Source: Vermamoeba vermiformis (lineage: Eukaryota). Taken from it: a stretch of DNA of 64,000 nucleotides. Below the pieces are notes generated by a model that ran no database searches, was not told where the DNA came from, and saw only the letters and a program-made list of their open reading frames with translations. Positions 1 to 13,076 of this stretch are shown here, one piece after another. Location of the stretch: positions 1 through 64,000 of the forward strand of contig JBEWZL010000306.1 of assembly GCA_045837725.1 (NCBI GenBank). Direction: 5' to 3'. The stretch's first letter is position 1, and each line of letters opens with the position of its first letter. Both the position numbers and the translations under genes were made by a program.

Positions 1-378
1 GCAAGTGATCGCCGTGCATGCTAAATTTACTTGCCTACGAAGAGGGACATGTTGTGTACTGTAATAGCATAGAAGAATAACTGAAAAAAACGAGTAGAAA
101 ACTTTTCTTAGACTGTGGCAATGCTTATTTTACTCGGCTCAGAAAATTCTGAGTAGATGCATCCCTAATTGTCGATAAAGAGTGAATTAAGCAATAGAAC
201 GATACTCAATTGATTATTAGTATCAATTCTTCTGAACTCTATTTATTATAATACTAAAAACATGTTGGTTCAACGCTTATTCCTTTTTAAAGTTTGTGAA
301 TCCAAAAATAGATCTGGTCAGACGACACACGGCAAAAATTAAATCACGAAAGTTGAACCACATACATACAGTACCACA

Positions 379-2475
379 ATGCCGCTATGTCCGCAACGTA
401 ATATTATAATACTCATTTGTAAGCAACGTCAGGCTGGGACTGGATCGAATACCGTTCACGTCCCATTAATTGCGGCTGGATGGTCGTTAAAACGGTATTA
501 CTAATTATATTTATACAAGGTTTAATATGGAGCAGCATGGCGTTGGAAATTTTGAGCCCGCCAGAATTTGCTGGTATTGTACGTAAAGCGATAAATTTAA
601 TGGAAGAGGTCATAATAATATTCTCAACTGGATCGAATCTGTATTGAATTTAATTTTAATAATCAACATTTTAAAGGAGATGCGCAGTTATTAAAATTTA
701 ACCGGCATTTTTTCAGACTTTCCTAACGCCGCGGCAAACTCTTTTTGGTCCTAAAGATTTTCAGTTCAATATTACAGCGCCATTAGCACTATACAACAGC
801 TCAAATCTGGAAAACAGGTTGGATTTGGATCTAATGTCAATTTTCAAATTCGCGATTATGATTCTAATGCATTTATATCGTTCCAATTACAGCATTATGA
901 TATTCGACAGCCCAAGATACCCACAAATGCTTGAAACAGTAAATAGAGTTGGATCGATCGTCGGGATCATCACGTTTAGCGGATTCGGTCCATGTAAGTC
1001 AATTTCGTAAAATCAAATCAATCATCTCAATATACATTACGAATTTTGTTAATGTTTCGTTTGCCCGGTGTTGCGGTTGATCGATTTACGAAATGTAAAT
1101 TTTCCTTTTTTGGCAAAATTCCCAAGGCAACGGGAGCTACCGCGGCAGATTCAAAAATGGCTATGTTACTTATCATTTATATTTATTCTAGTGGATATTC
1201 CTGGTATCAACAACTATGTAGTGGAGTATGGCTTTTTTCCTGACGTAACAACGCCTGTGGTTCAAGCCTCGCCACCAAGACTGGCGCAACTTCAACAATA
1301 CTTAGTAGATGGCTATAATATTACAGTTAGAATAACTTCCGGAGGTAAGTGGATTCGAATAACCAATTATGGCAAAAAATCGAAATCGGATGCACTGCTA
1401 ATCATTCATTGCCAGATTACAATGCGTGGGATGAAATGATGAATTCAGGCGCTGTAATATTTTTCTCGGTATTTATGTCGGCTTTTACGCTGACTTGCCT
1501 CGTTTTGGCCGTTTACAAATTCGCTGTGTTTGCCAAGATCAAGGGCTGTCAACGGGGTCAATTTACCGTCACTCAAACTATGCTAGTGTTAGAAATGGTC
1601 GGAAATACTAGTAAGTAGGATGTTATAGTCAGTCAAATAGCGGGATCTAATAAATTTTTTTGTTAGTTCGATTCTTGTCAGTTGCGGTGGATCCGCTCAT
1701 GTCCAGAAGAATTTATCCGTTCATGTTGAACAATCTACTAATAACACCCCACTGGCCCTTCTTAATCATGAACTTAATGCTCGTTAGTTTGTATTGGTAA
1801 GTCGTTGTTAGCGACGTCAAACCAGTCTAACCAAATTAGGCACGAACTCATGGACAAGAACACGGTGAAAATTAACAGAAATTTAAAGAAATTCAAAAAG
1901 CCGTTTTGGGCCGTATTCGCGGTATTTTTAGCCCTGGAACTTGCACAAAGTATTTTACGAGGAGTTTCATTTCCGATCACCCTCTTCCTTATCATCATTG
2001 GTATATTCTACGTTATAGTTGGATTGGCTTGTATCATCTTTTATTATATCACGGGCGTCAAGCTTACGCGGTCACGTAAGAAGATGAAAGTCGAGGTTAG
2101 CCAGGGACGCGCCAAACGATTGACAAGAGTACGTGTTGACACGTGTCAAAAAACTTAACGACCGAAGTTAACTTTCGTGTTCTATTCTAGGCTACTACGT
2201 TTATCTATACAAGCACAGCAGGTGTTATTCTATGGTTAGCGGCGATCGTTATCGGAGGCTTGACGGATCTGATCTGGCAGCCGTGGGGATACTACGGAAT
2301 GTGGTTCACAACCTACTTCACCACAACTTTTACAAGTTTGATGATTTTGCTCACCATTCAAGAACCAAGACCGTGCGGCCCATTGAGCTCTATCGACGAA
2401 AGCAAAAAAGCTAATCGAAGCTCCATTAAAATGCAGACGCAACCGAGTTTGCTATCTGCTAATGCTGGAGAATAA
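379..2475 (+). CDS. PA-domain + 7TM receptor-like protein, paralog 1 (multi-exon)
   Basis: ATG at 379. Spliced exons give an extracellular segment with a PA-like end (DIPG...VTTPVVQASPPRLAQLQQYLVDGYNITVRIT), about 7 hydrophobic helices (AVYKF, LEMVGN, AVDP, SLYW, FYYITG) and a Ser-rich tail. These motifs are shared with the genes at 13077, 19127 and 36987. Confidence 0.75.
2137..2148. promoter_or_regulatory. TGACACGTGTCA palindrome (extended G-box/E-box), copy 1, intronic
   Basis: Exact 12-bp palindrome, 14 bp with flanks; recurs at 21383, 41354, 59181 and 62363. Confidence 0.5.
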
Positions 2476-2690
2476 ACATGTAATTAATAATTCTTAATCA
2501 ATCAAAATTAGTTTATTTTGGGTATTTTTTTTTTATGTACATTAGTTTTGGTTTCGTTTTCTTTGTTGTTTTCAACTATGGCACAAAATTAATAAGTTAC
2601 TTTAATACAATTTTCTTTTCTTGGTTGTTGGTTTTGTTTTGTTGTTGTTCGTATTAATTTTACATTTTCTTGTTGTTGTTTTCTTTTGTC

Positions 2691-5600
2691 TTAATCGTTG
2701 TTCGATTTTTTCCTCTCAAGTTGCGGCTCAAGGAACATCGCTAATTTAATTTCGCCGTAATGTTGGAATTCACCCGAGCTGTCAATAAACGTTCTTTGCG
2801 GCATTGACACGGGTCTAAAAATACAAAATGAGAATTTGATCCAGATTCGTGAAAAATTCGATTGTCTAATTCAAATTTGACTTAGACTTACCTTCCATTG
2901 CCATCCACGTGTGCATAATGACAGTTATCGCCAAATTTGCAAGTTCCTTTTCCAAAGTCAAAATACTTGCACGGTATCTTCGTCATTTTTTCGCGGTAAC
3001 TGGCGACCAAACTGTTCTTTTTGGGACCTTCAGACACGTACGTCGGTGATGGCACAATGTACGTGCTGACGGCCGAGCACTTGGGATGCGGGCATTCGGA
3101 CGATTGGTTGTCTTGACGCCATTGTTTAATGCACGGAACGCAGTAGATGTGATTGCACGTCACTGTCAAAAAAACAGATAAGCAACTTTAATAATATCAA
3201 AAAAGGTTATATTCGAGAAATTCTATCAAGGGACTTACCTAAGAGACCGAATTTTCTTCCGTTTTCAATAATTCTTTCGTTACAAATGCCACATTCGTAG
3301 TCTCTTGACGTTTCAATGTCTCGTTGTCTCTGTTGCTTTTCCTCGCACACTGCGATGTGCTCTAATGATAACATGTTAATACTCGTCCTTCTGTTAATAA
3401 CATCAAAGCGAGACCGAACAGGATCCACATCCAGTTCGCAGGATCCTTTCGCTCTGTAGCTGATACTTACTCTCGTTTTGCGACGTGTCACCAGGGATCA
3501 AACAAGGCTTGCCACACATGTCACACACATCTCCGTGAATGTTTCTGCACGTGTCACCATATCGACATTTGCCATCAATATGGAACGTGCACAGCGTCTT
3601 GCCCTTTTTGCCTGGCGGACTTCCCGAGAGCTTCATGGACTGCGACAACGAATCCGAATAGAACGGGGGAGAAATGTCTTCGAAGGGTTGATCGTACGGC
3701 TCGATTTGTTCGACGGGAGATCCGTTGTTGACGTTTTGTCCAAACTTGTTGCTATTGACTGCTGTTTCAACGAAGACGATCTTATTGACACTCGTGCTCA
3801 TGTGACTGTTCGGCGAGACTGTTCCGTGCTTGGGCAATGATGAGCCGTAGGGCGATGTCAAACTGCTGGGGACTGACACGGGTTGATGCAAGAAGTTCAT
3901 GATTGGTCGATTAGCACTGACCACGTGACTCTCACCATTGCGTGGAGTGATCACGATATCTTCTTCAGCGAATGACTCAGGCTGACTCTCGTCCGTGGGT
4001 TGATCATAGGGCACTTGGAACATCGGATCGAACTCTTCTTCGCCGGTCACTTGGACTTGGCTGCCACCAGAGGAAGCATTGATGATTGGTGGATTAACGA
4101 CGCGTGTGGTCGGCGAGAGCAGTGCAAAAGCAGGATCGTTTTCGGAGAACAACGAGCTGCTGCTGTCACTTCGATGAGCCTTGGCAAGACCGTGTGGAGC
4201 CACAGCGGCAGTTTGATTCACAGTGCCGCTATAGGACGAGACTGCGTGTCCAGTACGTGGGTTCTCGCGCGGAGAATTCAAGCCTGACAAGCGCGGGCTT
4301 TGAACGGATCCACCACTAGTGCCAGTGAAGATCGGTGACTTAAGCGGCAAATTGAAACCTGAATTACCCTTGTGCGTGTTGGAAGTATTTCCAGCGATCA
4401 AGTTTCCAGTTGGTGGTTGCGTCACGGATCCAGCTTGATTTTTCCAGATGTGCTCACTTCGCGAGGTAAACACATCTTCGAAGAACGTCGAGTGCGACAA
4501 TGGCGAGGCACTCTTTAAGAACAGAAAATCAAAGCTGCCCGAGTTATGTTGAAGACTATTAGCGCGCGATCGTTGGGCCATCGCAACTGCAGAGGATGTA
4601 GGGTAAGCGGATTTGCCGTGGTCTTCTTCTTCGTAAGATGAATCGTCGTCATCGTCGTCCATGCCCATATCAATAGACTTGGTAATTAAAATGTCCAAAT
4701 CTTCATCGTCGTCTTCAATCTCGAGTGGAGCTGGATGTGATCCTGCAGCTGAACTGGCTTGATGCGGATGTCGACCGTTCATAGAGCTGCTCGTGCCATT
4801 AGGCATGTTATTTTTGTTAGGCGGCGAATTGAATTCTCGCGAGGCATAAGGAGATGATTCCTTTCCAGCAAAAGACGTGGGATTCGGTGGTGATTGAAAT
4901 TGAGATTTTGGATTCGGAGGAGAAACTGTCGCATTGTCGTAAGAAGATGAACTTGTCTCGCCTAATGAATGCTCATTGGCAGATAAATTCAAGTTCTGGT
5001 CCTCAGACTCCACTTCGTCACTCAGATCGTCGTTCGGTTTCACATGCGCAAAAGGACACCTGAGAAAATAACAAAAAAGGCATTAATACCATAAAAATTA
5101 TTATTGGCGTATCTTTTCAATGCTTAAAATCACAAATTGAGCTAACGCAAGTATATTTTTAGTATTGCACGTACCGATCTCCGTTGCGGCAGAATCCGCC
5201 AGCATAGAACTTGCAAATTTGATTAGAACTTGATATTTTCTTGTGCAAGAAGGGGCACTTGCTGCCTTTAGCGCATTGACCGAGCTGTACCACAAAATTA
5301 AATATTAGTGTCTGATTTTTTAATTCGTGCACAGTGCTGGATCCCGTGGTCCGGATTCAATTTTCTCATTCAATAATTACGTGATAATAATGTATATATG
5401 ATACCACGCGTATTTACGTGGTATATACTAATTAAATTGTCATTTCCTAAACAAGATTCTTTGCGTTAAGAAAAAAATCACGATCTGCACCCCTTAACTA
5501 ATTTATTAAAGAAACCGAATTAATATCAAAATATCATTGTATTTGCTCGTAATATATTAGAAACAATATTAAAAATCCAAAAATATCAAAGGGAGAATTC

Positions 5601-5748
5601 GCAGGACAATTTCAAGTCAGTTGTTGTTCCGGGCTGTGACTGCCCAAAATATTCATTGAATATAAATTAGATATTATATGAGCTAGCTACTTACTTGATA
5701 GAATTTACAAGGAGTATTAGAGGCTGAAGTACTGCTATTATTGCCCAT
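2691..5748 (-). CDS. MKRN: Makorin-type E3 ubiquitin ligase (CCCH zinc fingers + C3HC4 RING)
   Basis: Exon 1 MGNNSSTSASNTPCKFYQ splices to LGQCAKGSKCPFLH and CKFYAGGFCRNGDRCPFAH. A third CCCH (CTFHIDGKCRYGDTCRNIH), the Makorin Cys-His motif (CDMCGKPC), a RING (CGICNE...KFGLL..CNHIYCVPCIKQWR) and a C-terminal CCCH (CKYFDFGKGTCKFGDNCHYAH) follow. Confidence 0.9.
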
Positions 5749-7152
5749 GTCGTACTCTGCAGATCGGCTCGAGTGATGCGATCCAAAAGAATTCTCTGGA
5801 GAGCCTAATAAAGCAATTAGCAAATGCCAATATACCACTTGAATAAGTTATTAATAATATGGCAAATATGCAAATGCAAAAGATTATTTGAGGGCGTCTA
5901 AATACGTTACAAGATCGCGCGGCAATTACAACGGATTTAAGAACGTAATCCGCAGCTTGATATGTGGGCAATCTAATCGCCGGACAATAACAAAATAAAT
6001 TACGTGAACCAACAATGATTTTGTCCGCGTGACAATTATATAATTTAAAAATGTGTAATGACAAATAAAACGGATGGGAAATAATAAAATTTCTGAAACA
6101 CAAAAAACATATTGCACAAAAGAATTTTTACGTATACGAGCCTTTAAGTAAATATTATTGGTTTAGAATATTAATAATGCCCACAAAATAATTCTTACTC
6201 GTCGAGATTTACTCGATCATTCTAACTTGAGAAATTTGCGTAATAACTATTAGAATTTGAGTATGAGCCAGAAAATATTATTTCTATGCTTTAAATTATG
6301 CATATATCATGTTATTTTCGCTTGCGGGAACAAATTTGAGGACAACGCGAATGCGTGTAGAGCGAAATCAGAACTTACTTTTCTTTGGTTTCATTTCTAC
6401 GCCCGTTTTCTTTTGACCGACTGCTATCCAACTTCCCTCATCTCTATTTCTATTATTCCTGCGTTAAAGGTTGAGTATCTTTATATTCAATTATATTTTA
6501 TGTTTCAAATCCAAATATAATTCGAGTCAAATTCATATTTACCCTAAAGCAATGTTTGCCATATTTTCGGCCTACTCCTTTTTTTTGATTTTTGATTTAT
6601 GACTACGCTTCTATTTTCTAATTGTTTCTGATAGTGAATGCAGGTCTGCAAGTCAGAACATTTTGTCAAACGATGATTGAATATCTATTAACAGCTCTTC
6701 ATAGCTCCTAGCTGCTTTTATATGTTTCTTTGTGGTTGCGTGATCGTTTTTTGATTGTTAATTGAAGGGACTTTTCGGCGCATAATTTTGAAAGGTAAAA
6801 ATAGAAACAATTTTTTGACTTAAGGACTTTTTCCTGTATCAAAGCATCGATTGTCGCTAATAGAAGCGCTGGGCACCAGCGTTGAAGCTAAGGCGTTGAA
6901 ATTATTAGAAACACAAAGATCGTTACAAATCTGCTTAAATTTTCGCCGACGGAAATGTGCGCCAAGTGATCAGCATTATACTAAATACTAATCACCTATG
7001 TACGTATTATTATTGGGTCTTTTCGACGGCTGTTCATCGATAAGGCGGATTTCACCCGCGATCAAAAACAAATTCTCAACCGCTCGCTTACAATGATACA
7101 ACATATTACAATTTTATATATAATCGAACATTAACGATTAATTCTTTGCTTT

Positions 7153-7806
7153 TTAATGGTGATTTGAAACTTTGGGCTGACCTGCAACGAGTCTCACTTC
7201 ACCCGTGACATGATTGACTCTGATACCGGCTTTTTTGCCGTCAGGACCAGCACCAACCTATTCATAATCATTAGATATGTATTGGTGATAGTATACAATG
7301 GCCCCGCAAATTTGTAAAAAGATTCTGCACGCAGATTTGCAAAGATTTTTTGCGATTGACGAGTGAGCGATAGAAAATTGGATTTATCGTGTACCTCGAT
7401 TGAGCCAAGGTTCTCAGGCATCTTGGAAATGTACTCCTGTCGTCGCTTTTCGTCTTCAAGGCGATCTTTTTCTTTTTGGGCAGATTTCAATGCATCCAAA
7501 TCAACGCCTGAATCAAACTTGAATTAATTTATGAACGAGAGGTAAAGTAAACGTATGCCTAATGCACACAATTGAGAAAAGATTCCCAAATATTGAAATT
7601 TAATTTCGAAATATTTTATTTGTTTTGTGCTGGTGAAAGGCAACGAATAGTTGCACCACGCCAAAAATTATGATAAATTAATATATTTTATTATTTTAGT
7701 AATTACCTCGAGCAGAAGGAGTGCACTTAGCGTGGTATTGCTTGCCGTTTTCTTCGACTCCACCGAAACAGATGGCGGTGTTGCAAAAAGCACATTTATC
7801 GGCCAT
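7153..7806 (-). CDS. Small (~105 aa) protein with a single LIM-like zinc knuckle and a charged helix, 3 exons
   Basis: MADKCAFCNTAICFGGVEENGKQYHAKC (C-x2-C-x16-H-x2-C). In-frame GT-AG splicing leads to GVDLDALKSAQKEKDRLEDEKRRQEY and VGAGPDGKK...NHH*. Confidence 0.7.
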
Positions 7807-8685
7807 TCTTTACTTAGGTATGCTTATCTATACCTTATTGATTATTAATTATTAAAATAACGCGGTTTTGAAGTATAATCTTCGTCAGCCCTGGTAGATT
7901 ATCATTGATCTCAAAATTTCGTCTTGTACCCAGATCTAATCAAAAAGGAGGACGGCACCATGCTCGAATAATAGAAGATATGAGTATAATGTGGTGCTGT
8001 ATCAACTTCTGTGATTCGCGGAGCTCAAATAAGACCGCTCGGAAAGGATAAAAATTGTCTCGTGAGCTCGTTTTATCAAACCCATTTCAAGTAAGTAGGC
8101 ACCATAGATCACACGAAAATAACGTATGGAGCCTATTGGGTTATCTAAAGCAGACAATTACTGGCAGGCAAGTACTGCTTTGCTCGATCCGAACGATCTT
8201 GTAATTTTCGTTAAACTCACTTAAAATTAATTATCTCGTGCATAACAGTACCTCCCGCCGGAAATATCCATCTATATTTTCCAATTATTAGACGCCAAGT
8301 CCTTGACCCGCGTGCAATTCGTCAACAAACATTTCTATGGCTTATGCTGGGACGATTCCCTTGATTCTCTGCACGTATTAAAGAGGACAATTAAGCGGAG
8401 ATTACAACGAGATAAGGATAGGAAAAAAATAGGTACGTTCTTTGCGCATGTAAAGATTATTTTTTATTGCCTTCTTATGAAAAATTCAAATCCAGTCGAA
8501 AAATTAGGCCTTTATCGAAATTAAAGATGATAAAATATTTATTTATCAATAACGCTTCACATAAATGTCCGAAGCGAACGCGGCCATTTTGTTGCACAAA
8601 CGGAACGGGATCCGCTTTCTTTCCAACCAAATTTCGTCGTAATTTTGTCTACTTCTATTATTATCGGATAATATAATCGTTGCAA

Positions 8686-9542
8686 ATGTACCTAATACTT
8701 CCTTTTACGATAACAGAGGAGAAGTGCACGCACATTGGAGACGTCTATATTTCTGGATCGACGCAAGCGAAGGTTTCTTTGCTTTACATCTTCTGGGTGT
8801 CCATCAATATCGCGCAGTATGTTATGATATTGCTAACTTATGGCAGATTCGTATTGGACAACTTCAAAGACAGTCCGTTCCAGCACGGTACGTTTGACGA
8901 GATCCCAAGTCTTTAGATCTTTTCCTCTTACCTCTTAAAAGTGAAATTACCAACCCTCATTGGGTTTATGGAAATCTTGAGAGGTTGAATCTTTCAATCT
9001 GTTCGAATAATAGAATTTAACGAATTCTCGATCGGTGGATGTCGTACTAATTCGTGTATTGTTCTATAGCTTTCCTGGCCTTTATGATCTTGCAAATAGT
9101 ATGCTTCTATCCAACACTAGCGCGCATCGTACTTTGCGTTCGTCCGTTCTTTTTCGAGCCGTTCAAACTCTCCGCTGAAGCAGCATCCACACTGGAGCCA
9201 ATTTTAGCGACAGCATTCGTCATATTACTGTCATTGTGCCTTAGCTTCGATCAAACGAACCCCTTACTTATTGCTGCAGTAGCTGTGGGCTGCTTATCGT
9301 TTTTGATACCAATTATAGCGACGATAAAAATAGCGTGGTGTAATGCCCTATGGAATCGGATGTATCCCGATAGAACGCACCAAGCCAAGTTGTCAAGGCT
9401 ATATGCACTAACAGCGTATATTAAGAAGTTAACGAGGCCTTGTGGACCTAGTTTCGAGACTACAGTTGACGAAGTCGATGAAATGCGAAAGAATCAAGCG
9501 AGAATTAGCGCGAGGATCGTTGATGCCGCTGATAATGTTTAA
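8686..9542 (+). CDS. Hypothetical multi-pass membrane protein, 2 exons
   Basis: ORFs 8680-8916 and 9054-9542 join through a GT-AG intron; several hydrophobic helices; no family recognised. Confidence 0.55.
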
Positions 9543-10327
9543 AAATAGCTATAATTATGTAATTGTTGTAAAAAGAAGATTAGTATTAAATATCATTTGA
9601 TAAAGAGAAACATATGACCTGATTAGTCTCCTTCAGCAAAAACATTCTCGTATATGTAGCTTTATATATTCGTAGTCTTCGCTGCTGTACTGCTTGTGGA
9701 TCAGCAGTAATTGTTACTGAAACGAAAGGTGGTAACTTGGTCTTGCGGTTCTAAGCTGCATAACAATGTCTTGCGGAAGGAATACAGTGTTCTATGCAAT
9801 TCTCGGCGTTTCTTTTTTATGAAAATCTCCAACCAAAAGCTTCGCGATTGGTGCAAAATCACGTGGCCACGAAAAAACAAGTGCATCTGAGCTCGGGTAA
9901 TTTACGATTGGTCTATTGTAAATCGCTACGTCTATTTTTGCCATCCGACGTTGTTAAAAGTTTGGGATAAGGCAGAATTCCGAAAGTGTTATTTTTGATC
10001 TGAATTCCAGATAGCAGATTTGCGCATTGGGAACGATTGTTTTCTCAATGAAACGTTGCTAATGATCTTTATCGATGCATACCAAAGGCTTACATTTACG
10101 TTCCCTACGCATTACATCCCTTTTTTTCATCACCAAAACCACTTCTAAGCCAACGTCGTTTAATGCAAGAAGGTTTTTGGTTCAGTTAATCGAGGATTTA
10201 TCATATTTAAATGAAGGGTTGTAATAGATTTAGGATGATCTTGCTTGCGTATTATGTTTGGTTCGGGCGAAAAGAAAACAATGATCCAAAAATGATTTGT
10301 TTATTTTATAAATTGAGTCGAGCACAA

Positions 10328-12813
10328 ATGAAGCCTGCTTTGGCCTTGTTTGTCCTCTTAGCCACTTGCTTTGGCATTAGGTAGGCGCTATCTAACGCGG
10401 GATGAGCGAAACACGAAATCTAACTCTTTTAAAGCTTGGCCGATCAGGGGACCGTCTTTCTTAAGGATGGCGAGTACATTTATGTTCCTGGTGTTCTCGA
10501 CACCGAAAAGGGTGGTAAGTTTCTTTTGATTAGTCGTTCAGAATTTTCTGGTTGTTTTTTAATAAGCGGATCCAATCAAATTTTGCTTCGTATTTAACTA
10601 ATATGTAAATAATAATTTTTAATCGTAGTTGCATGGGGTATTTTCCATAATGAGATGAATTTGACCGGTTGGGATCGTCTTTACGTCCACAGCTCTTTTG
10701 CTTATGAAGATCCCAAGCAAGTTTACGCAGCAGGATTTGTTGAAGGTAATAGATATGATTTTTGTAGCGAGAAAATCAATAATCGCTTATTACCCGATTT
10801 TATATTGACATTTATTATTTAGGTGCTATGACCGTTCCTCAAATCAATGTATATTACAGCCAAATTCAATATTTGTTCCAATCTTCATTACCTGATGGAG
10901 TTACCTACCAAGTACGTTCTACTTCGCAAAGCAGATTTGAAAACAAATCTTATCTAACCTTCATTTAGGAATTCATGAAGAAGGCTGGTGCTTTCTGTGA
11001 TACTCAAGAGAAGTGGATTCGCAACCAAGTCAAGAACAACAGACAGGACCCTTACTGGAGACAAGTACGAATCTTCGTGTCACGACGGATCTCTGCCTTT
11101 ATTTTTATTAACTATGGCGATGAATAGGTCGGCTACGTCTTGACTCAATTAGAGGGTATCTACGCTGGTTATGTCTACGCTACCACTCAAGCCGGAGGCA
11201 AGCCTGTATTCACCTGGAACCAATTGTACTTGATGTGTTTCATGCCTGACGTGAGCGGTAAGGACGAGTTTGTTGCCGATGTCAGGACGTTCTAACAGTA
11301 GTCTGGATAGATCTTGTGAACGTCGTCGATGCCTCTTGGCGCCCTAATGTTGGCAGCATGAGCCCTGCTGAATTGAAGGCTTACATCACCAAGCGTGACC
11401 ACTGCTCTTCCTTGGTTAAAGTTACCAGTGATTTGTCCTCTCTTTATGCCTGTAAGTCAATCCATTGCGCGTGTAATGTTAAGGGGCTTATTGTTAATAC
11501 GCTTTGACAGCTCACACCACTTGGTACGACTACGCTACTATGAACCGAATGCTCAAAGTGTACGACTTCCCTTTGAACGACCCCTCGACCACCTCCTTCA
11601 AGGTCTCGTTCTCGTCTTATCCCGCCACTCTTAGCTCTTCAGACGACTTCTACATCACTGACAGGTAAGTTCAAAACACGAGTGTCGCTTGACTACAATC
11701 TAATTTTGATGTTTAGCGGTCTGACTGTTATGGAAACTACCAACGACATTATGAACGATACTTTGTGGGACTTGGTTAAGCCTCAATCGATCTTCACTAC
11801 TTTCCGTGTTATGGTCGCAAACCGTATGGCCAAGAACGGAAAAGAGTGGGTTGAGATCTATGCTCGTGAAAACAGCGGAACGTAAGTACACTCCCAGCGA
11901 TGCTATAATGATTTGCTCATGTTTATTTAGTTACAACAACCAATGGATCGTAGTTGACTACAAGAAGTTCACTCCTAAGAAGCCCTTGCATGACGGTGCT
12001 TTGTGGATCCTCGAACAAATCCCTGGGTATGGTCGACACAACAAATCATATTAAGGCGTGTTACTAATGTCCGTTATTGTAGCATGACTGAATCAGCTGA
12101 CGTCACTCGCTACTTGGCCCTCGGTTACTGGCCCAGCTACAACATTCCTTTCTTCCCCAAGATCTTCGACATCTCTGGCTGTAAGTAACACTAGCATAGA
12201 TGTATTGCATAGTATTAACGTTAAACGTAGATCCTGATGCTGCTAAGAAAGATCCTACTTTGTTCTACGAGACTGCTCCTCGTGCCAATGTGTTCAGAAG
12301 AGACCAACACAAAGTTGCTGATTTGAGCGCCATGAAGAAGATCATGCGCTACAACAACTGGCAACACGACCCTCTCGCATTGGTATGATAATCAATGATA
12401 GAATCGTATTTTCGTGCCTTACTCATGCAAAATGATAGGGTGACCCTGGTAACCAGATCGCCAGCAGATTCGATTTAGAGCAACCCTCGAATCCTAAGTA
12501 AGGGCGAATCAATCACTAATATTGTGCAATATCATAATATGATTCTATTTATAGCGTGTACTGCGGTGGTGCTCTTGACGTCAAAGTAACAGATCAAGTC
12601 ATGTTCAAAGACTTTGCTTACATCGCTCAAAGTGGTCCTACTCACGACCAACAAGTAAGGAACAGTTATATATAGAGATATAACAAGGAACTAATTCTAA
12701 TACGCAAATAGCCCGTGTTCGTTTGGAGTCAAAATCCTAACTGCGCTGGTGTTCCTCACGCAGGTCAGCCAGACACTTGGAACTTCGATTGGATGACTTT
12801 CCGCGAAGAATAA
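10328..12813 (+). CDS. PLBD: Phospholipase B-like (Ntn-hydrolase) protein, copy A, many short introns
   Basis: Signal peptide [12 protein letters not shown]; family motifs [78 protein letters not shown]. Confidence 0.93.
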
Positions 12814-13076
12814 GAGCGATATATGCGAGTGACTTTGTAAGAGTATTCTTAAGCCACAAAGTCATAAATCGTAAGCTACGTTTCAGATCTTGAAAATTAA
12901 GGTGCTTCATTCATTATAAGTTTTCGAAACTTATTATACAGCAGTAATACTAGTTTTAGCCTTGCACATATAATTACTTTATTAGGTTTTGTGCGATTTC
13001 GGATTTTTTCTCCGGCGCAACGGTTTTTCTAACTCCAACGTTTTCATTTTTTTTGTACTACAACACTACAAAAACA

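Noticed and set aside
2500-2690. GT-rich (TTG/TTTG) low-complexity tract resembling telomeric repeats
   Set aside because: Irregular, and consistent with 3' UTR sequence between convergent genes.
6640-6940. Coding-like minus-strand fragments
   Set aside because: No convincing start, splice chain or family could be assembled.
9660-9818. Short hairpins followed by a T run at the duplication boundary, possible Pol III RNA
   Set aside because: No recognisable A/B boxes or known RNA motif.
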